Positions 28,009 through 38,199 of a DNA stretch of 64,000 bases are shown here, piece by piece. The notes under the pieces were generated by a model that worked only from the letters and a program-made list of their open reading frames with translations, made no database searches and was not told the origin of the DNA. Position numbers and translations under genes: made by a program. How positions within the stretch are numbered: position 1 is the stretch's first letter; each line of letters begins with the position of its first letter. Where the stretch lies: contig PAOU01000011.1 in NCBI GenBank assembly GCA_002708085.1, positions 55,556 to 119,555 on the forward strand. The letters are read 5' to 3'. This DNA is from Dehalococcoidia bacterium. Its GTDB lineage: Bacteria; Chloroflexota; Dehalococcoidia; Lucifugimonadales; Lucifugimonadaceae.

Positions 28009-29532
28009 ATGAAAAATAATAATATTGAACAAGATGAAAATAGATTAATTGAATCTAGGAAAGCAAATTTAGAATCGCTTCGAAATTTAGGTATCAACCC
28101 TTATCCTTCTAAATTCCAAAAAACTCACACTACTTTAGATGCTAGAGAAATGCTAGAAGATTTAGAATTAAATAAACAAGATGAGAACCCTAAAACTGAA
28201 TCAGTAATAGTTGCTGGAAGAATAATGGCTTACAGAGATCAGGGAAAAATTATTTTTATTGATTTAAAAGATGGTTATGGTTCTATCCAAATTGCTCTTA
28301 GATCAGATTTATTAAGTGATAATTTGTTTAAAATTTTAAAATTTATTGATATAGGAGATTTTGTTGGAATTGAAGGTGTTGTTTTTCGTACTAGGAGAGG
28401 AGAGCCTACTATAGAAGCAAAAAAAATAGATATATTGTGTAAATCAATTAGACCATTACCTGATAAATGGTCAGGATTACAAGATATCGAAAAAAGATAT
28501 AGACAACGTTATTTAGATTTTATTTCTAATGATTCTTCAAAAGAAGTTGCTTTGGTAAAACCAAAGATAATTTCATCAATAAGAAAATTTTTGGAAGTAA
28601 GAAATTTTATAGAAGTAGAAACTCCAATATTAGTTCCTGTAGCAGCTGGTGCGATGGCTAAGCCTTTTATTACAAAACATAATGCTTTGGATAGAGTTTT
28701 GTATCTTAGAATTGCTACTGAATTAAATTTAAAAAAATTGATTGTTGGTGGTGTAGATAAAGTGTTTGAGTTAGGGAGAATTTTTAGAAATGAAGGAATT
28801 GACCATCTTCATAATCCTGAATTTACAACTTTAGAAAGTTATGAAGCTTATTCTGATTATAATGATGTGATGAAAATGGTAGAAGAGATGGTTTCTGAAG
28901 TTTCAGAAGATGTGAATGGTTCTAAAATAGTAAATGTTGGTGATGAAGTAATTGATCTAACGCCTCCTTGGGAGAGATTAAATTTAAGAGATACTATAAT
29001 AAAATACTCTGGTATAGATTATTTAAAATGTAGATCACCTCAAGAATTAGAAAAGGAAATGAATTCTAGAGGGATTCACGTAGAACAAGGATCAAATTGG
29101 GGAAGAATGTTGGATAAAGTGATTTCATATTCAGTAGAACCTAATTTGAGGCAACCGTGTTTTCTTGTAGATTATCCTGTAGAAATGTCTCCTTTGGCAA
29201 AAAAGAAAGAAGGTGAAGATAATATTGTTGAAAGATTTGAAGCATTTGTTTGTGGTGGAGAACTAGCGAATGCTTTCACTGAATTAAATGATCCCATTGA
29301 CCAAAGAAAAAGATTTGAAGACCAAGAAAAATTACGGAAAGAATCAGGAGACGATGAATTAGATAGATTAGAAGAAGATTTTTTGATAGCAATAGAACAT
29401 GGTATGCCTCCTACAGGAGGATTAGGGTTAGGAATTGATCGATTAGCAATGATAATTTCTGGAGCTAAATCTATAAGAGATGTGTTAATTTTCCCTCAGT
29501 TAAAAACCTTACAGGATGATAACGATGATTGA
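28009..29532 (+). CDS. lysS: Lysyl-tRNA synthetase (class II)
   Basis: 507 aa. OB anticodon-binding domain, class II motifs (ELGRIFRNEGID..., GLGLGIDRLAM). Confidence 0.9.
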   Translation: MKNNNIEQDENRLIESRKANLESLRNLGINPYPSKFQKTHTTLDAREMLEDLELNKQDENPKTESVIVAGRIMAYRDQGKIIFIDLKDGYGSIQIALRSDLLSDNLFKILKFIDIGDFVGIEGVVFRTRRGEPTIEAKKIDILCKSIRPLPDKWSGLQDIEKRYRQRYLDFISNDSSKEVALVKPKIISSIRKFLEVRNFIEVETPILVPVAAGAMAKPFITKHNALDRVLYLRIATELNLKKLIVGGVDKVFELGRIFRNEGIDHLHNPEFTTLESYEAYSDYNDVMKMVEEMVSEVSEDVNGSKIVNVGDEVIDLTPPWERLNLRDTIIKYSGIDYLKCRSPQELEKEMNSRGIHVEQGSNWGRMLDKVISYSVEPNLRQPCFLVDYPVEMSPLAKKKEGEDNIVERFEAFVCGGELANAFTELNDPIDQRKRFEDQEKLRKESGDDELDRLEEDFLIAIEHGMPPTGGLGLGIDRLAMIISGAKSIRDVLIFPQLKTLQDDNDD

Positions 29533-30772
29533 TTTAAATACATTAATTTCAAGTTCTGAAAATATTTTAGGCAAGCTACAATCAAGAGGAGAAGAAATTC
29601 CTTTAGACAATATAAAAGAATTAGACTCTAAGAGGAAAAATTTAATTCAAGAATCTGATCAGTTAAGGAGCTTTCGTAATTCTGAGAATAAACGAATAGG
29701 GGATTCGAAAGAAAAACCTTCTTTGGAACATATCAATAAGATGAGGGATATTTCAGATAAATTAAATAAAATTAATGTAAATCTAATAGACATAGAATCC
29801 CAATTAAATGAATTATTGTTAGTGATTCCAAATGTTCCACTCGATGAAGTTTTAATTGGTAATGATGAAACTGACAATAAAGTAATTTTTACTAAAGAGG
29901 ATGTGAAAAATAAAAAAACAACTAAGCCTCATTGGGAGATAGCACCGAACCTGGGAATTTTGGATATGGAGCAAGGAGTCAAATTAGCTGGATCTAGATG
30001 GTATGTTTTAAAAGGTAAAGGCGCTATTCTCCAAAGAAGTTTAGTTTCTTGGATGCTGGAAAAACATAATAAGAACGGATATTTAGAAATTGCTCCACCT
30101 TTTTTAGTTAAGGAAGAAGTAATGGTGGGTTCGGGTAATTTACCAAAATTTTCTGATTTACTTTATAGAGATATTGAAGAAGATCTTTGGTTAATTCCAA
30201 CTTCTGAAGTTGCATTAAATAGTCTACATTTTGGAGAGATAATTCCACATGAATTTCCTCTAAAATATGTCTCTCATTCTCAGTGCTTTAGAAGAGAGAA
30301 AGCTGCTGCTGGAAGAGAAACTAGAGGAATAAAAAGAGTTCATCAATTTGAAAAAGTTGAATTATTTAGATTTGAATTACCAGAAAATTCCAGAGATGCA
30401 TTTGACGAAATGGTAAAAGAAGTTCAATTATTATGTGATGAGTTAGGGCTAATATATAGGTCAGTGGAATTATGTACTGGAGATTTAGGGTTTCAGTCAG
30501 CAAAAACTATAGATATAGAAGTTTGGGCTCAAGGTTCTCAAGATTGGTTAGAAGTTTCATCTATCTCAACTTGCACTGATTTTCAATCAAGAAGAACTAA
30601 AACTCGATATAAAGATGAAGGAGAAATAATTTATCCTCATACTTTGAATGGATCAGCTCTGGCAATTCCAAGAATTTTAATATCAATATTAGAAAATAAC
30701 CTTCAAGATGATGGTTCAGTTTTAGTACCTAAGGTTCTACAGAAATATACAGGATTTGAAAGAATTGACTAG
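29525..30772 (+). CDS. serS: Seryl-tRNA synthetase
   Basis: N-terminal coiled-coil arm, class II core (CFRREKAAAGRETRGIKRVHQFEKVE, TLNGSALA). ATG 29525 preferred (SD AGGA 8 nt upstream; MIDLNTL... resembles typical SerS N-termini). The track start is 29516. Confidence 0.9.
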   Translation: MIDLNTLISSSENILGKLQSRGEEIPLDNIKELDSKRKNLIQESDQLRSFRNSENKRIGDSKEKPSLEHINKMRDISDKLNKINVNLIDIESQLNELLLVIPNVPLDEVLIGNDETDNKVIFTKEDVKNKKTTKPHWEIAPNLGILDMEQGVKLAGSRWYVLKGKGAILQRSLVSWMLEKHNKNGYLEIAPPFLVKEEVMVGSGNLPKFSDLLYRDIEEDLWLIPTSEVALNSLHFGEIIPHEFPLKYVSHSQCFRREKAAAGRETRGIKRVHQFEKVELFRFELPENSRDAFDEMVKEVQLLCDELGLIYRSVELCTGDLGFQSAKTIDIEVWAQGSQDWLEVSSISTCTDFQSRRTKTRYKDEGEIIYPHTLNGSALAIPRILISILENNLQDDGSVLVPKVLQKYTGFERID

Positions 30773-30774
30773 GT

Positions 30775-31386
30775 TTAATTGAAATTTTGCATAGTTTTTT
30801 GAATTCCATTGATTATTAAAGATTCATAAATTCGGTCTACTTTAAATAAAGATTCTTCTAATAATTTTTTTTCTGATCTTTTAAATTTACCCAAAACATA
30901 ATCTGTAGTATCAATTTTTCCAGGATTTTCTATTCCGATTCTTATTCTCATGAAATTTTCAGTATCTAAATGTTTAATGATTGATTTAAGGCCGTTATGT
31001 CCTCCTGATGATCCTTTTTTTCTAATTCTTATTTTCCCTAAAGGTAAATTGATATCATCAGAAATAATTATTAATTTTTCAGCATTAATTTGATACTTTT
31101 CTAAAAAATATTTTATCGGAGATCCACTTCTATTCATAAAACTAAGAGGTTTGCATAGAAGAATATTATTATTATTAATCTTTAGTTTAGTTGTTAATGA
31201 ATTATTGTTATGAGTAAACAAAATGTTATTTTTTTCAGCAATAAAATTTATTGCTTCGAATCCAATATTATGACGAGTATTATCATATTCTTCTCCTGGA
31301 TTTCCTAATCCTACAATTAACCAATTGAAACCCTCATCATCTTTTGAAGAATTGTTTTTCCCAAATATTTTTTTAATGAAGCTCAT
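30775..31386 (-). CDS. pth: Peptidyl-tRNA hydrolase
   Basis: LIVGLGNPGEEYDNTRHNIGF and GSSGGHNGLKSI motifs. Confidence 0.9.
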   Translation of the reverse strand: MSFIKKIFGKNNSSKDDEGFNWLIVGLGNPGEEYDNTRHNIGFEAINFIAEKNNILFTHNNNSLTTKLKINNNNILLCKPLSFMNRSGSPIKYFLEKYQINAEKLIIISDDINLPLGKIRIRKKGSSGGHNGLKSIIKHLDTENFMRIRIGIENPGKIDTTDYVLGKFKRSEKKLLEESLFKVDRIYESLIINGIQKTMQNFN

Positions 31387-33397
31387 GATTGTTTTTCATA
31401 TCTATAAATTCTGATTCGTTGATTATTGGTATATTAAAGTTTAAAGCTTGTTGAAGTTTTGTTCCTGGGTTTTTCCCCGTAATTAAAAATGATGTTTGAC
31501 TAGATATACTCGAAGAAGTCTTGCCTCCTAATTCTTTTATTAGAGAGTTAATCTCATTCCTTGAATATTTTTCTAATGTTCCTGTAACAACAAAAATTAA
31601 TTCAGAAAATAAAGACTTTGTGTTTCTCTGTACTGCTATAGGTTCAACTCCTGCATGAATAAGGTTATTTATTAGATTTATATTATTTTCTGTTGATATC
31701 CAAGAAATTAAACTTTCAGTTATTTTTTCTCCTATTCCTTTGATATTTATTAATTCTTCGTAATTACAATTTGTTAATGCATCTATAGATTTATAGTAAT
31801 CAGTGATAATTTCTGAAATTTCTATTCCAATATGAGCTATCCCTAAAGAAAAAAGAAATGAAGGTAAGGTGGGTTTTTTAGAATTATTTACTGATTTTAG
31901 TAGATTTTCAGTACTTTTTTCTCCAAATTTAGGCAATTGTATTAGTTGATCTTTAGTTAGATGGAATATGTCAGGTAATGTCTTGAGAAGATTGTTTTCT
32001 ATTAATGTTTCTATTATCCCTTTTCCTAGGCCATCGATATTCATTGCTGGTTTTGACACAAAATGTTCAACTAACCTTTGGAATTGGTCTGGGCAACTAG
32101 AATTTATACATCTAGTATGAGGATCATTTTCTATTTTTTCCACATTTTTCCCACATGAGGGGCACGTTTTAGGCATTTCATATTTAAAAGAAGTTTTTGA
32201 TCTTGAATTATTTTCTGAGACTCTGTTTATTTGAGGAATTACATCTCCAGAACGTTGAATTTCTACTAAATCTCCTTCTCTTATATTTTTCTTATCGATA
32301 TAATCTATATTGTGAAGACTAGCAGATCTTATTGTTACTCCTTCTAGTTTTACTGGTTCTAATTCAGCGAATGGTGTGAGTACTCCAGTCCTGCCAATGT
32401 TAACGGATATTTTATTTAATATTGTGGTGGTTGTAGTAGTAGGAAATTTATATGCAGTAGCCCATCTTGGATCTCTAGAAGTTGTGCCTAAAATTGATTG
32501 ATCATATAAATCATTAATTTTAATTACTATTCCATCTGTACCATAATTTAAATTATCCTTGTCATTTATTGCTTTCATATATGCATTTTCAATATCATTT
32601 ACTGAATTACAAATGTGATTCCAAGGATTAATTCTTAACCCCCAACTATTTAATTTTTCTAATACTAGACTTTGAGTCTGTGGCATATTATTTGAGTTGT
32701 ATCCAATTGAATACATGAAATAATTTATTGGCCTTTTGGAAGTTTCCTTGGGATCTAACTGTCTTAGAGCGCCAGAAGCTGCATTTCTAGTATTGCTGTA
32801 TTCTTCTAAATTTAATTTGCTGCGTTCTTCATTAAACTTTTTAAAGGATGATTTTGGAAAATATACTTCTCCTCTTAATTCCACTATCTCAGGAGGGTTT
32901 TTATCTAATAGTTTTAGAGGAATTGATTTTATTGTTTTTAGATTATTAGTAATATCTTCTCCGATACTTCCATCTCCTCTTGTAGAACCTTGTACAAAAA
33001 TTCCATTTTCATATCTTAATGAGATAGCAAGTCCATCGATCTTGAGTTCACAAATCACTTCAGTAGATTGATTATCTAATTGGTTAGAAATCCTTGTATA
33101 CCATTTTTCAATTTGTTCTTTATTGAAAACATTACTCAAGCTTAATAGAGGAGATAAATGTTCTACGTTTTGAAAATTGGAAGAGGGAGTTATTCCTACT
33201 CTTTGTGTAGGAGAATCTAAAGTAACTAAAGAAGGATTTTGTTCTTCTATTACAAGTAGTTCTTGAAAAACACGATCATACTCTGTGTCACTTATAGAAG
33301 GTTTTTCAAGAATATAATACTTGTAATTTGCTTCATTCAATTTATCTTTCAAGCTTGATATTAAATTCAAGATTTTAGAATCTTTATTGTTTAACAT
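31373..33397 (-). CDS. ligA: NAD-dependent DNA ligase
   Basis: 674 aa. Adenylation motif CELKIDGLAIS, Zn finger CPSCGKNVEK...C..SSCP, HhH and BRCT regions. 14-nt overlap with pth. Confidence 0.95.
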   Translation of the reverse strand: MLNNKDSKILNLISSLKDKLNEANYKYYILEKPSISDTEYDRVFQELLVIEEQNPSLVTLDSPTQRVGITPSSNFQNVEHLSPLLSLSNVFNKEQIEKWYTRISNQLDNQSTEVICELKIDGLAISLRYENGIFVQGSTRGDGSIGEDITNNLKTIKSIPLKLLDKNPPEIVELRGEVYFPKSSFKKFNEERSKLNLEEYSNTRNAASGALRQLDPKETSKRPINYFMYSIGYNSNNMPQTQSLVLEKLNSWGLRINPWNHICNSVNDIENAYMKAINDKDNLNYGTDGIVIKINDLYDQSILGTTSRDPRWATAYKFPTTTTTTILNKISVNIGRTGVLTPFAELEPVKLEGVTIRSASLHNIDYIDKKNIREGDLVEIQRSGDVIPQINRVSENNSRSKTSFKYEMPKTCPSCGKNVEKIENDPHTRCINSSCPDQFQRLVEHFVSKPAMNIDGLGKGIIETLIENNLLKTLPDIFHLTKDQLIQLPKFGEKSTENLLKSVNNSKKPTLPSFLFSLGIAHIGIEISEIITDYYKSIDALTNCNYEELINIKGIGEKITESLISWISTENNINLINNLIHAGVEPIAVQRNTKSLFSELIFVVTGTLEKYSRNEINSLIKELGGKTSSSISSQTSFLITGKNPGTKLQQALNFNIPIINESEFIDMKNNHELH

Positions 33398-33494
33398 ATA
33401 AAAGATATTTTTTAAAAATTAGATTTTTAATTGCGTTTTTGGACTGTGAATGTATTATGATTATTAATAATTGTAACCTATTTGGGAGAAATCC

Positions 33495-34730
33495 GTGGTA
33501 GATATTAGGAATTTTAAAGGTTTGATGTATAACTCCAATAATTCTGGAGATTTGTCTTTGAATATTTGTCCTCCATTTGATGTTATTTCTCCAAGTTTAC
33601 AGAGTGAATTATATAATAAATCACAATTCAATTTAATCAGATTGGAGTATGGTAAGGAATTTGAGAATGATAATCAGAATTCTAATAAATATCTTAGAGC
33701 ATCTAACTTTTTCAACGATTGGGTTTCTAAAAATATTTTAGAATATGATGAATCCTTTAATTTTTATTTAACTGAGGAAAAATTTTCTTTTGAAAATCAT
33801 AATTATTCTAGAACTGGAATTACTGTATTAGTTAGATTAGAGGATTTGAATAATGGTTCAATTTTACCCCATGAAAATACCAGATCGGGTCCGAAAAAAG
33901 ATAGATTTTCTTTAATGAAAGAAACTAAATGTAATTTTAGTCCATTAATGTCATTGTATAGTGATGAATCAGGAGAAATAAAAAACATTTTTAAAAATTC
34001 TAAAAAAAATAAACCGGAATTAAGCATAAATTCTGATCAAATTAAATTAAAACTTTGGAAGATAAAAAATTTAGAACAAATAGAGAAAATTAAAAAACAT
34101 TTGATTAATAAAAAATTGATGCTTGCTGATGGACATCATAGATATGAGACTTCTATTTATTATCAGGACATTTTTTCTAAATCCAAAAAATCTGATGAAT
34201 CATCTAATTTTAGATTGATGACATTGTTTTCATTAGATGATCCAGGTGTTTTGATGCTTGGTTATCATAGAATTGTTTCAGGGCTTTCAGTTCAAGAAAA
34301 AGAACATTTAATTAATTTTATGACTTCTAGTGCAATTAAAGTAATCGAAGGGAATATTAATGATTTTAATAAAAGTGAAGATGATTTTAATATATTAATT
34401 ATTAATGAGAATGAGTCTTTAATTTATACATTTCAAAGTAATGATATATATGATAATCAATATAAATTTTTAAGTGATTATATATTTAAGAATGTTTTTG
34501 ATGATGAAAGATTAAATCAAGTTATTGATTATAATCATGATATTATTTCTATTGAACAATCTATAAAAAATAAAGAAATTGATATTGGTTTTATTATGAA
34601 GCCCTTAAATAAGAACAAGTTTGAAGATTTAGTAATGAAACGTGAAAAACTTCCACCTAAATCAACTTTTTTTCACCCAAAACTTCACTCAGGATTGGTG
34701 ATTCAAAATCTTAATACTGAAGTATTATAA
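33495..34730 (+). CDS. DUF1015 (COG4198) family protein, function unknown
   Basis: 411 aa. Hallmark LADGHHRYETS motif and N-terminal ICPPFDVIS. GTG start with SD GGGAG 6 nt upstream. Confidence 0.7.
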   Translation: MVDIRNFKGLMYNSNNSGDLSLNICPPFDVISPSLQSELYNKSQFNLIRLEYGKEFENDNQNSNKYLRASNFFNDWVSKNILEYDESFNFYLTEEKFSFENHNYSRTGITVLVRLEDLNNGSILPHENTRSGPKKDRFSLMKETKCNFSPLMSLYSDESGEIKNIFKNSKKNKPELSINSDQIKLKLWKIKNLEQIEKIKKHLINKKLMLADGHHRYETSIYYQDIFSKSKKSDESSNFRLMTLFSLDDPGVLMLGYHRIVSGLSVQEKEHLINFMTSSAIKVIEGNINDFNKSEDDFNILIINENESLIYTFQSNDIYDNQYKFLSDYIFKNVFDDERLNQVIDYNHDIISIEQSIKNKEIDIGFIMKPLNKNKFEDLVMKREKLPPKSTFFHPKLHSGLVIQNLNTEVL

Positions 34731-34746
34731 TAAAAGGAACCTTTAA

Positions 34747-35940
34747 TTGTTTGAAATTATTAAACCAGCAAAACCAGATCCGATCTTAGGGCTTACAGAA
34801 AAGTTTAATTTAGATAATAGGTCAAATAAAATTAATCTTTCTGTAGGAATTTATCAAGACTCTCAAGGTCAAACACCAACTTTTGATTCAGTTAGAAAAG
34901 CTGAAGAAATTCTTCTTCAGAATGAATCTGACAAGTCTTATAAACCTATTATAGGAGATGAAGAATTTGGTTTATTAGTAAAAGATTTAGTATTAGGAAA
35001 AAATATAACTAAACAAAGAGAGAATACTGCAAAATCTATTCATACTCCTGGAGGGACAGGAGCTTTAAGAGTAGTAATGGATTATTTTTCAAAATTCCAT
35101 CAAAATTCTGTATTTTGGATCAGTAAACCTTCATGGCCAAATCATAAGCAAATTATTAATTCTACTAATTTGAATTTTAACGAATATGCTTATTTTAACT
35201 CTGAGGATAATCAATTAAATTTTAATAGCATGATTAATGATTTAAGTAATGTAAAAAGTGGAGATGTAGTCTTATTACATGGATGTTGTCATAATCCTAC
35301 GGGAATTGATCTTAATCAGAGTCAATGGGAAACTATTTCAGATTTATTACTATCTAAAAAAGCGATTCCTTTAATTGATTTTGCCTATCAAGGATTTGGA
35401 GATGGTCTAAATGAAGACTCTGAAGGTCTTAGAAAAATTGTTCAAAAAAATCCAGAATCAATAATTTGTTCTAGTTTTTCAAAGAATTTTGGACTTTATA
35501 GTGAAAGAGTTGGATCATTAACAATTTTATCTTCTGATAATCTTGTATTAGAAAATGTAGTAAGTCAGATGAAAGTATGTATTAGATCTAATTATTCAAA
35601 TCCACCATCTCATGGAGTAGATATAGTAAAATTAATTTTAAGTAATCCGACTATGAGAAAAGAATGGGAAAAAGAATTAAGTCAGATTAGAAATAGAATG
35701 AAAAAAATGAGAAATGATTTGGTCTTGAAGCTTCACAAACTTGATTCTAAAAAAGATTTTTCTTTTATTAAATCTCAGAGAGGAATGTTTAGTATTTCAG
35801 GTTTAGATAAAGAACAAGTTAATGAATTAAGAGAAAAATATGCTATTTATATAGTAGATTCAGGAAGAATAAATATTGCAGGTATTAATAGTAATAATAT
35901 TGATCGATTATCAGAATCAATTGTTTCTGTAATCTCTTAA
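34747..35940 (+). CDS. aspC: Aspartate/aromatic amino-acid aminotransferase (class I, AspC/TyrB type)
   Basis: DPILGLTEKF, INLSVGIYQD, HGCCHNPTG, PLP-lysine context SFSKNFGLYSERVG. TTG start. Confidence 0.8.
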   Translation: MFEIIKPAKPDPILGLTEKFNLDNRSNKINLSVGIYQDSQGQTPTFDSVRKAEEILLQNESDKSYKPIIGDEEFGLLVKDLVLGKNITKQRENTAKSIHTPGGTGALRVVMDYFSKFHQNSVFWISKPSWPNHKQIINSTNLNFNEYAYFNSEDNQLNFNSMINDLSNVKSGDVVLLHGCCHNPTGIDLNQSQWETISDLLLSKKAIPLIDFAYQGFGDGLNEDSEGLRKIVQKNPESIICSSFSKNFGLYSERVGSLTILSSDNLVLENVVSQMKVCIRSNYSNPPSHGVDIVKLILSNPTMRKEWEKELSQIRNRMKKMRNDLVLKLHKLDSKKDFSFIKSQRGMFSISGLDKEQVNELREKYAIYIVDSGRINIAGINSNNIDRLSESIVSVIS

Positions 35941-37241
35941 TTTTCTATTTCTACTACATGAAAATTTTTGGAACCTCTCTTTATAATTATTAATTCTCCT
36001 TTTATTGTGTGAGAGGCATTTAGTTCTTCTTTAAAATCTTCTACTTTTGATTCGTTAATATACAATGCGCCTTGATTGATTAATCTTTTAGTTTCTGAAA
36101 AAGAAGAGCAGATTCCTTGGTCTACGCATAAATCTTGTATAGAGTAAGATGAATTAAATTTACTTCTTTTGATTTTACTTGATGGAGCTCCTTCTAGAGC
36201 ATCTTTTAATTCTTTCAAATTAAGTTTTGCGAATTTTCCTTCAAATAATGCTTTTGTGATTTTTTTTGCCTCATTAAGCCCTGAGTTAGAGTGAATCATG
36301 ATTGTAACTTGTTCTGCTAATTTAATTTGACATTCTCTTTTTTGAGGGAAATTTTTTAATGATTTTTCGTAATTTTTTATTTCAGTTTTCTCAAGCAAAG
36401 TAAAATATTTTAAATATTGAATTACATCTTTATCATCAACATTGAAGAAAAATTGATATAGTTTATAAGGAGAAGTTTTATTTGGATCCAGTGTAGGAGC
36501 TACTCCTTCACTTTTTCCGAATTTTTCTCCAGAAGAATTTGTTATTAATGGATATGTTAATCCATGTGCAAGTGGTTCAGAATTATTTGATTTTCTCTTA
36601 TATAATTTATTGATTAAATCTACTCCTGAAAGTATGTTTCCCCATTGATCACTACCTCCCATTTGTAATTTGCATCCAAATTTATTGTATAAATGTAAAT
36701 AGTCATACGCTTGTAAAATCATATAACTAAACTCTGTAAAAGATATTCCATCTTCCCTAGATATTCTTGATTTCACAGATTCTTTTTTTAACATGTAATT
36801 AATGGTGAAATGTTTTCCTGTATCTCTCAAGAAAGAGATTAAATTTAGGTTTGATAGCCAATCGTAATTATCAATAATTAATGCTGGATTATTTTTTGAT
36901 TTAAAATCAAGAAACTTTTCTAGCTGAGATTTTATTCCTTCAATGTTATTTTTAATAATATCTCTACTTAAAATATTTCTTTCTTTTGATTTTCCACTTG
37001 GATCACCTATCATACCGGTTCCACCTCCTATAAGAGCTATCGGCTGATGTCCAGCTCTTTGAAGGTGAATTAATCCAATTATTGGTATTAAGCTTCCTAT
37101 ATGTAAGCTTTTTGATGTTGGATCGAAACCTGTATATCCTGAAATTTTTTCTTTAGAGATAAGGCTATTTAACCGAGGTGTTTTATCTGAAATTAGTCCC
37201 CGCCAATTAAGTTCTTGAATTAAATTGATATTTGAGTTCAT
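35937..37241 (-). CDS. tyrS: Tyrosyl-tRNA synthetase
   Basis: HIGH-like SLHIGSLIP, KMSKS-like KFGKSEG, C-terminal S4-like domain. Confidence 0.9.
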   Translation of the reverse strand: MNSNINLIQELNWRGLISDKTPRLNSLISKEKISGYTGFDPTSKSLHIGSLIPIIGLIHLQRAGHQPIALIGGGTGMIGDPSGKSKERNILSRDIIKNNIEGIKSQLEKFLDFKSKNNPALIIDNYDWLSNLNLISFLRDTGKHFTINYMLKKESVKSRISREDGISFTEFSYMILQAYDYLHLYNKFGCKLQMGGSDQWGNILSGVDLINKLYKRKSNNSEPLAHGLTYPLITNSSGEKFGKSEGVAPTLDPNKTSPYKLYQFFFNVDDKDVIQYLKYFTLLEKTEIKNYEKSLKNFPQKRECQIKLAEQVTIMIHSNSGLNEAKKITKALFEGKFAKLNLKELKDALEGAPSSKIKRSKFNSSYSIQDLCVDQGICSSFSETKRLINQGALYINESKVEDFKEELNASHTIKGELIIIKRGSKNFHVVEIEN

Positions 37242-37253
37242 TTAAATAGAATA

Positions 37254-38174
37254 TCAAGTAATTTGATTTTTGACATTTGAAACGTCAATTTTTATTTGTT
37301 CTTTTAGTGAAGAAATATTTTGAAATTTTATTTGATGTCTTAGAAATGACAAAAATTCTACTTTTATATTCTTATCATAAATATCGTCATTAAAATCTAA
37401 AATATAAGTTTCTATCATTTTAGGTATATTTCCAGATTCGAAAGTAGGATTTTCTCCTATACTTGTGACTGAAAATTGTTCGTGAGAATCTATGAATGAC
37501 TTTGTAAAATAAACTCCGTCATGAGGTAGACATTGGTTAATAGAAATCTTAAGATTTGCAGTAGGATATCCTAATTTTTTCCCTCTTTGTTTACCTCTAA
37601 TAACTTTTCCTGATAAAGTAAAATTTCTTCCCAAATTTTTTTCTATATCTTTTATATTGCCATTAGAAATCATTTTTTTTATTTGTGAGCTAGAAATTTT
37701 TTTATTTTTTAAAGTAATATTTGGTAGTATAAATAATTCTATTCCCAATTCATTGGTAATAACTCGTAATTGCTTTTCATCTTTTATTTGATCATTTCCT
37801 ATGCTGGTTCCGTTACCTATTACAAATGCTTTTATGTTTATATTATTTTTTAATTGATTTAAAAAATTAGAAGCAGTTTTATATCTCAAATTATTATCAA
37901 AATTAATTGGAATCACATGATCTATTCCTTGATTTTTTATTAATTCTAAACGTTCTTCCAATGGGCAAATCAAGCTATATTTTTTTTCAGGATTTATAAT
38001 TTGTTTAGGAGATTTAGTAAATGTTAAAGCTAATATCTTTGATTTTCGATAAAATTTTTCTCTGATATTTTTTATTTGATTAAATACTGATATATGACCT
38101 AAATGAACTCCATCAAAAGTGCCTATTGTAACTAGGGTAGGTGTTTTTATGTTAGGTAGTTCAGTTATTTCCAT
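37254..38174 (-). CDS. ribF: Bifunctional riboflavin kinase / FMN adenylyltransferase
   Basis: N-terminal GTFDGVHLGH, C-terminal kinase region GKQRGKKLGYPTANL. Confidence 0.9.
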   Translation of the reverse strand: MEITELPNIKTPTLVTIGTFDGVHLGHISVFNQIKNIREKFYRKSKILALTFTKSPKQIINPEKKYSLICPLEERLELIKNQGIDHVIPINFDNNLRYKTASNFLNQLKNNINIKAFVIGNGTSIGNDQIKDEKQLRVITNELGIELFILPNITLKNKKISSSQIKKMISNGNIKDIEKNLGRNFTLSGKVIRGKQRGKKLGYPTANLKISINQCLPHDGVYFTKSFIDSHEQFSVTSIGENPTFESGNIPKMIETYILDFNDDIYDKNIKVEFLSFLRHQIKFQNISSLKEQIKIDVSNVKNQIT

Positions 38175-38199
38175 TTTTCATGTTAATCATGAAAATTTT

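Noticed and set aside
28009-30772. lysS-serS overlap and the density of aminoacyl-tRNA synthetase genes (metG, lysS, serS, tyrS) as a possible functional cluster.
   Set aside because: The genes are on different strands or far apart except for lysS-serS. Their 8-nt overlap is the ordinary compaction seen throughout the window. No T-box or other shared leader is visible.
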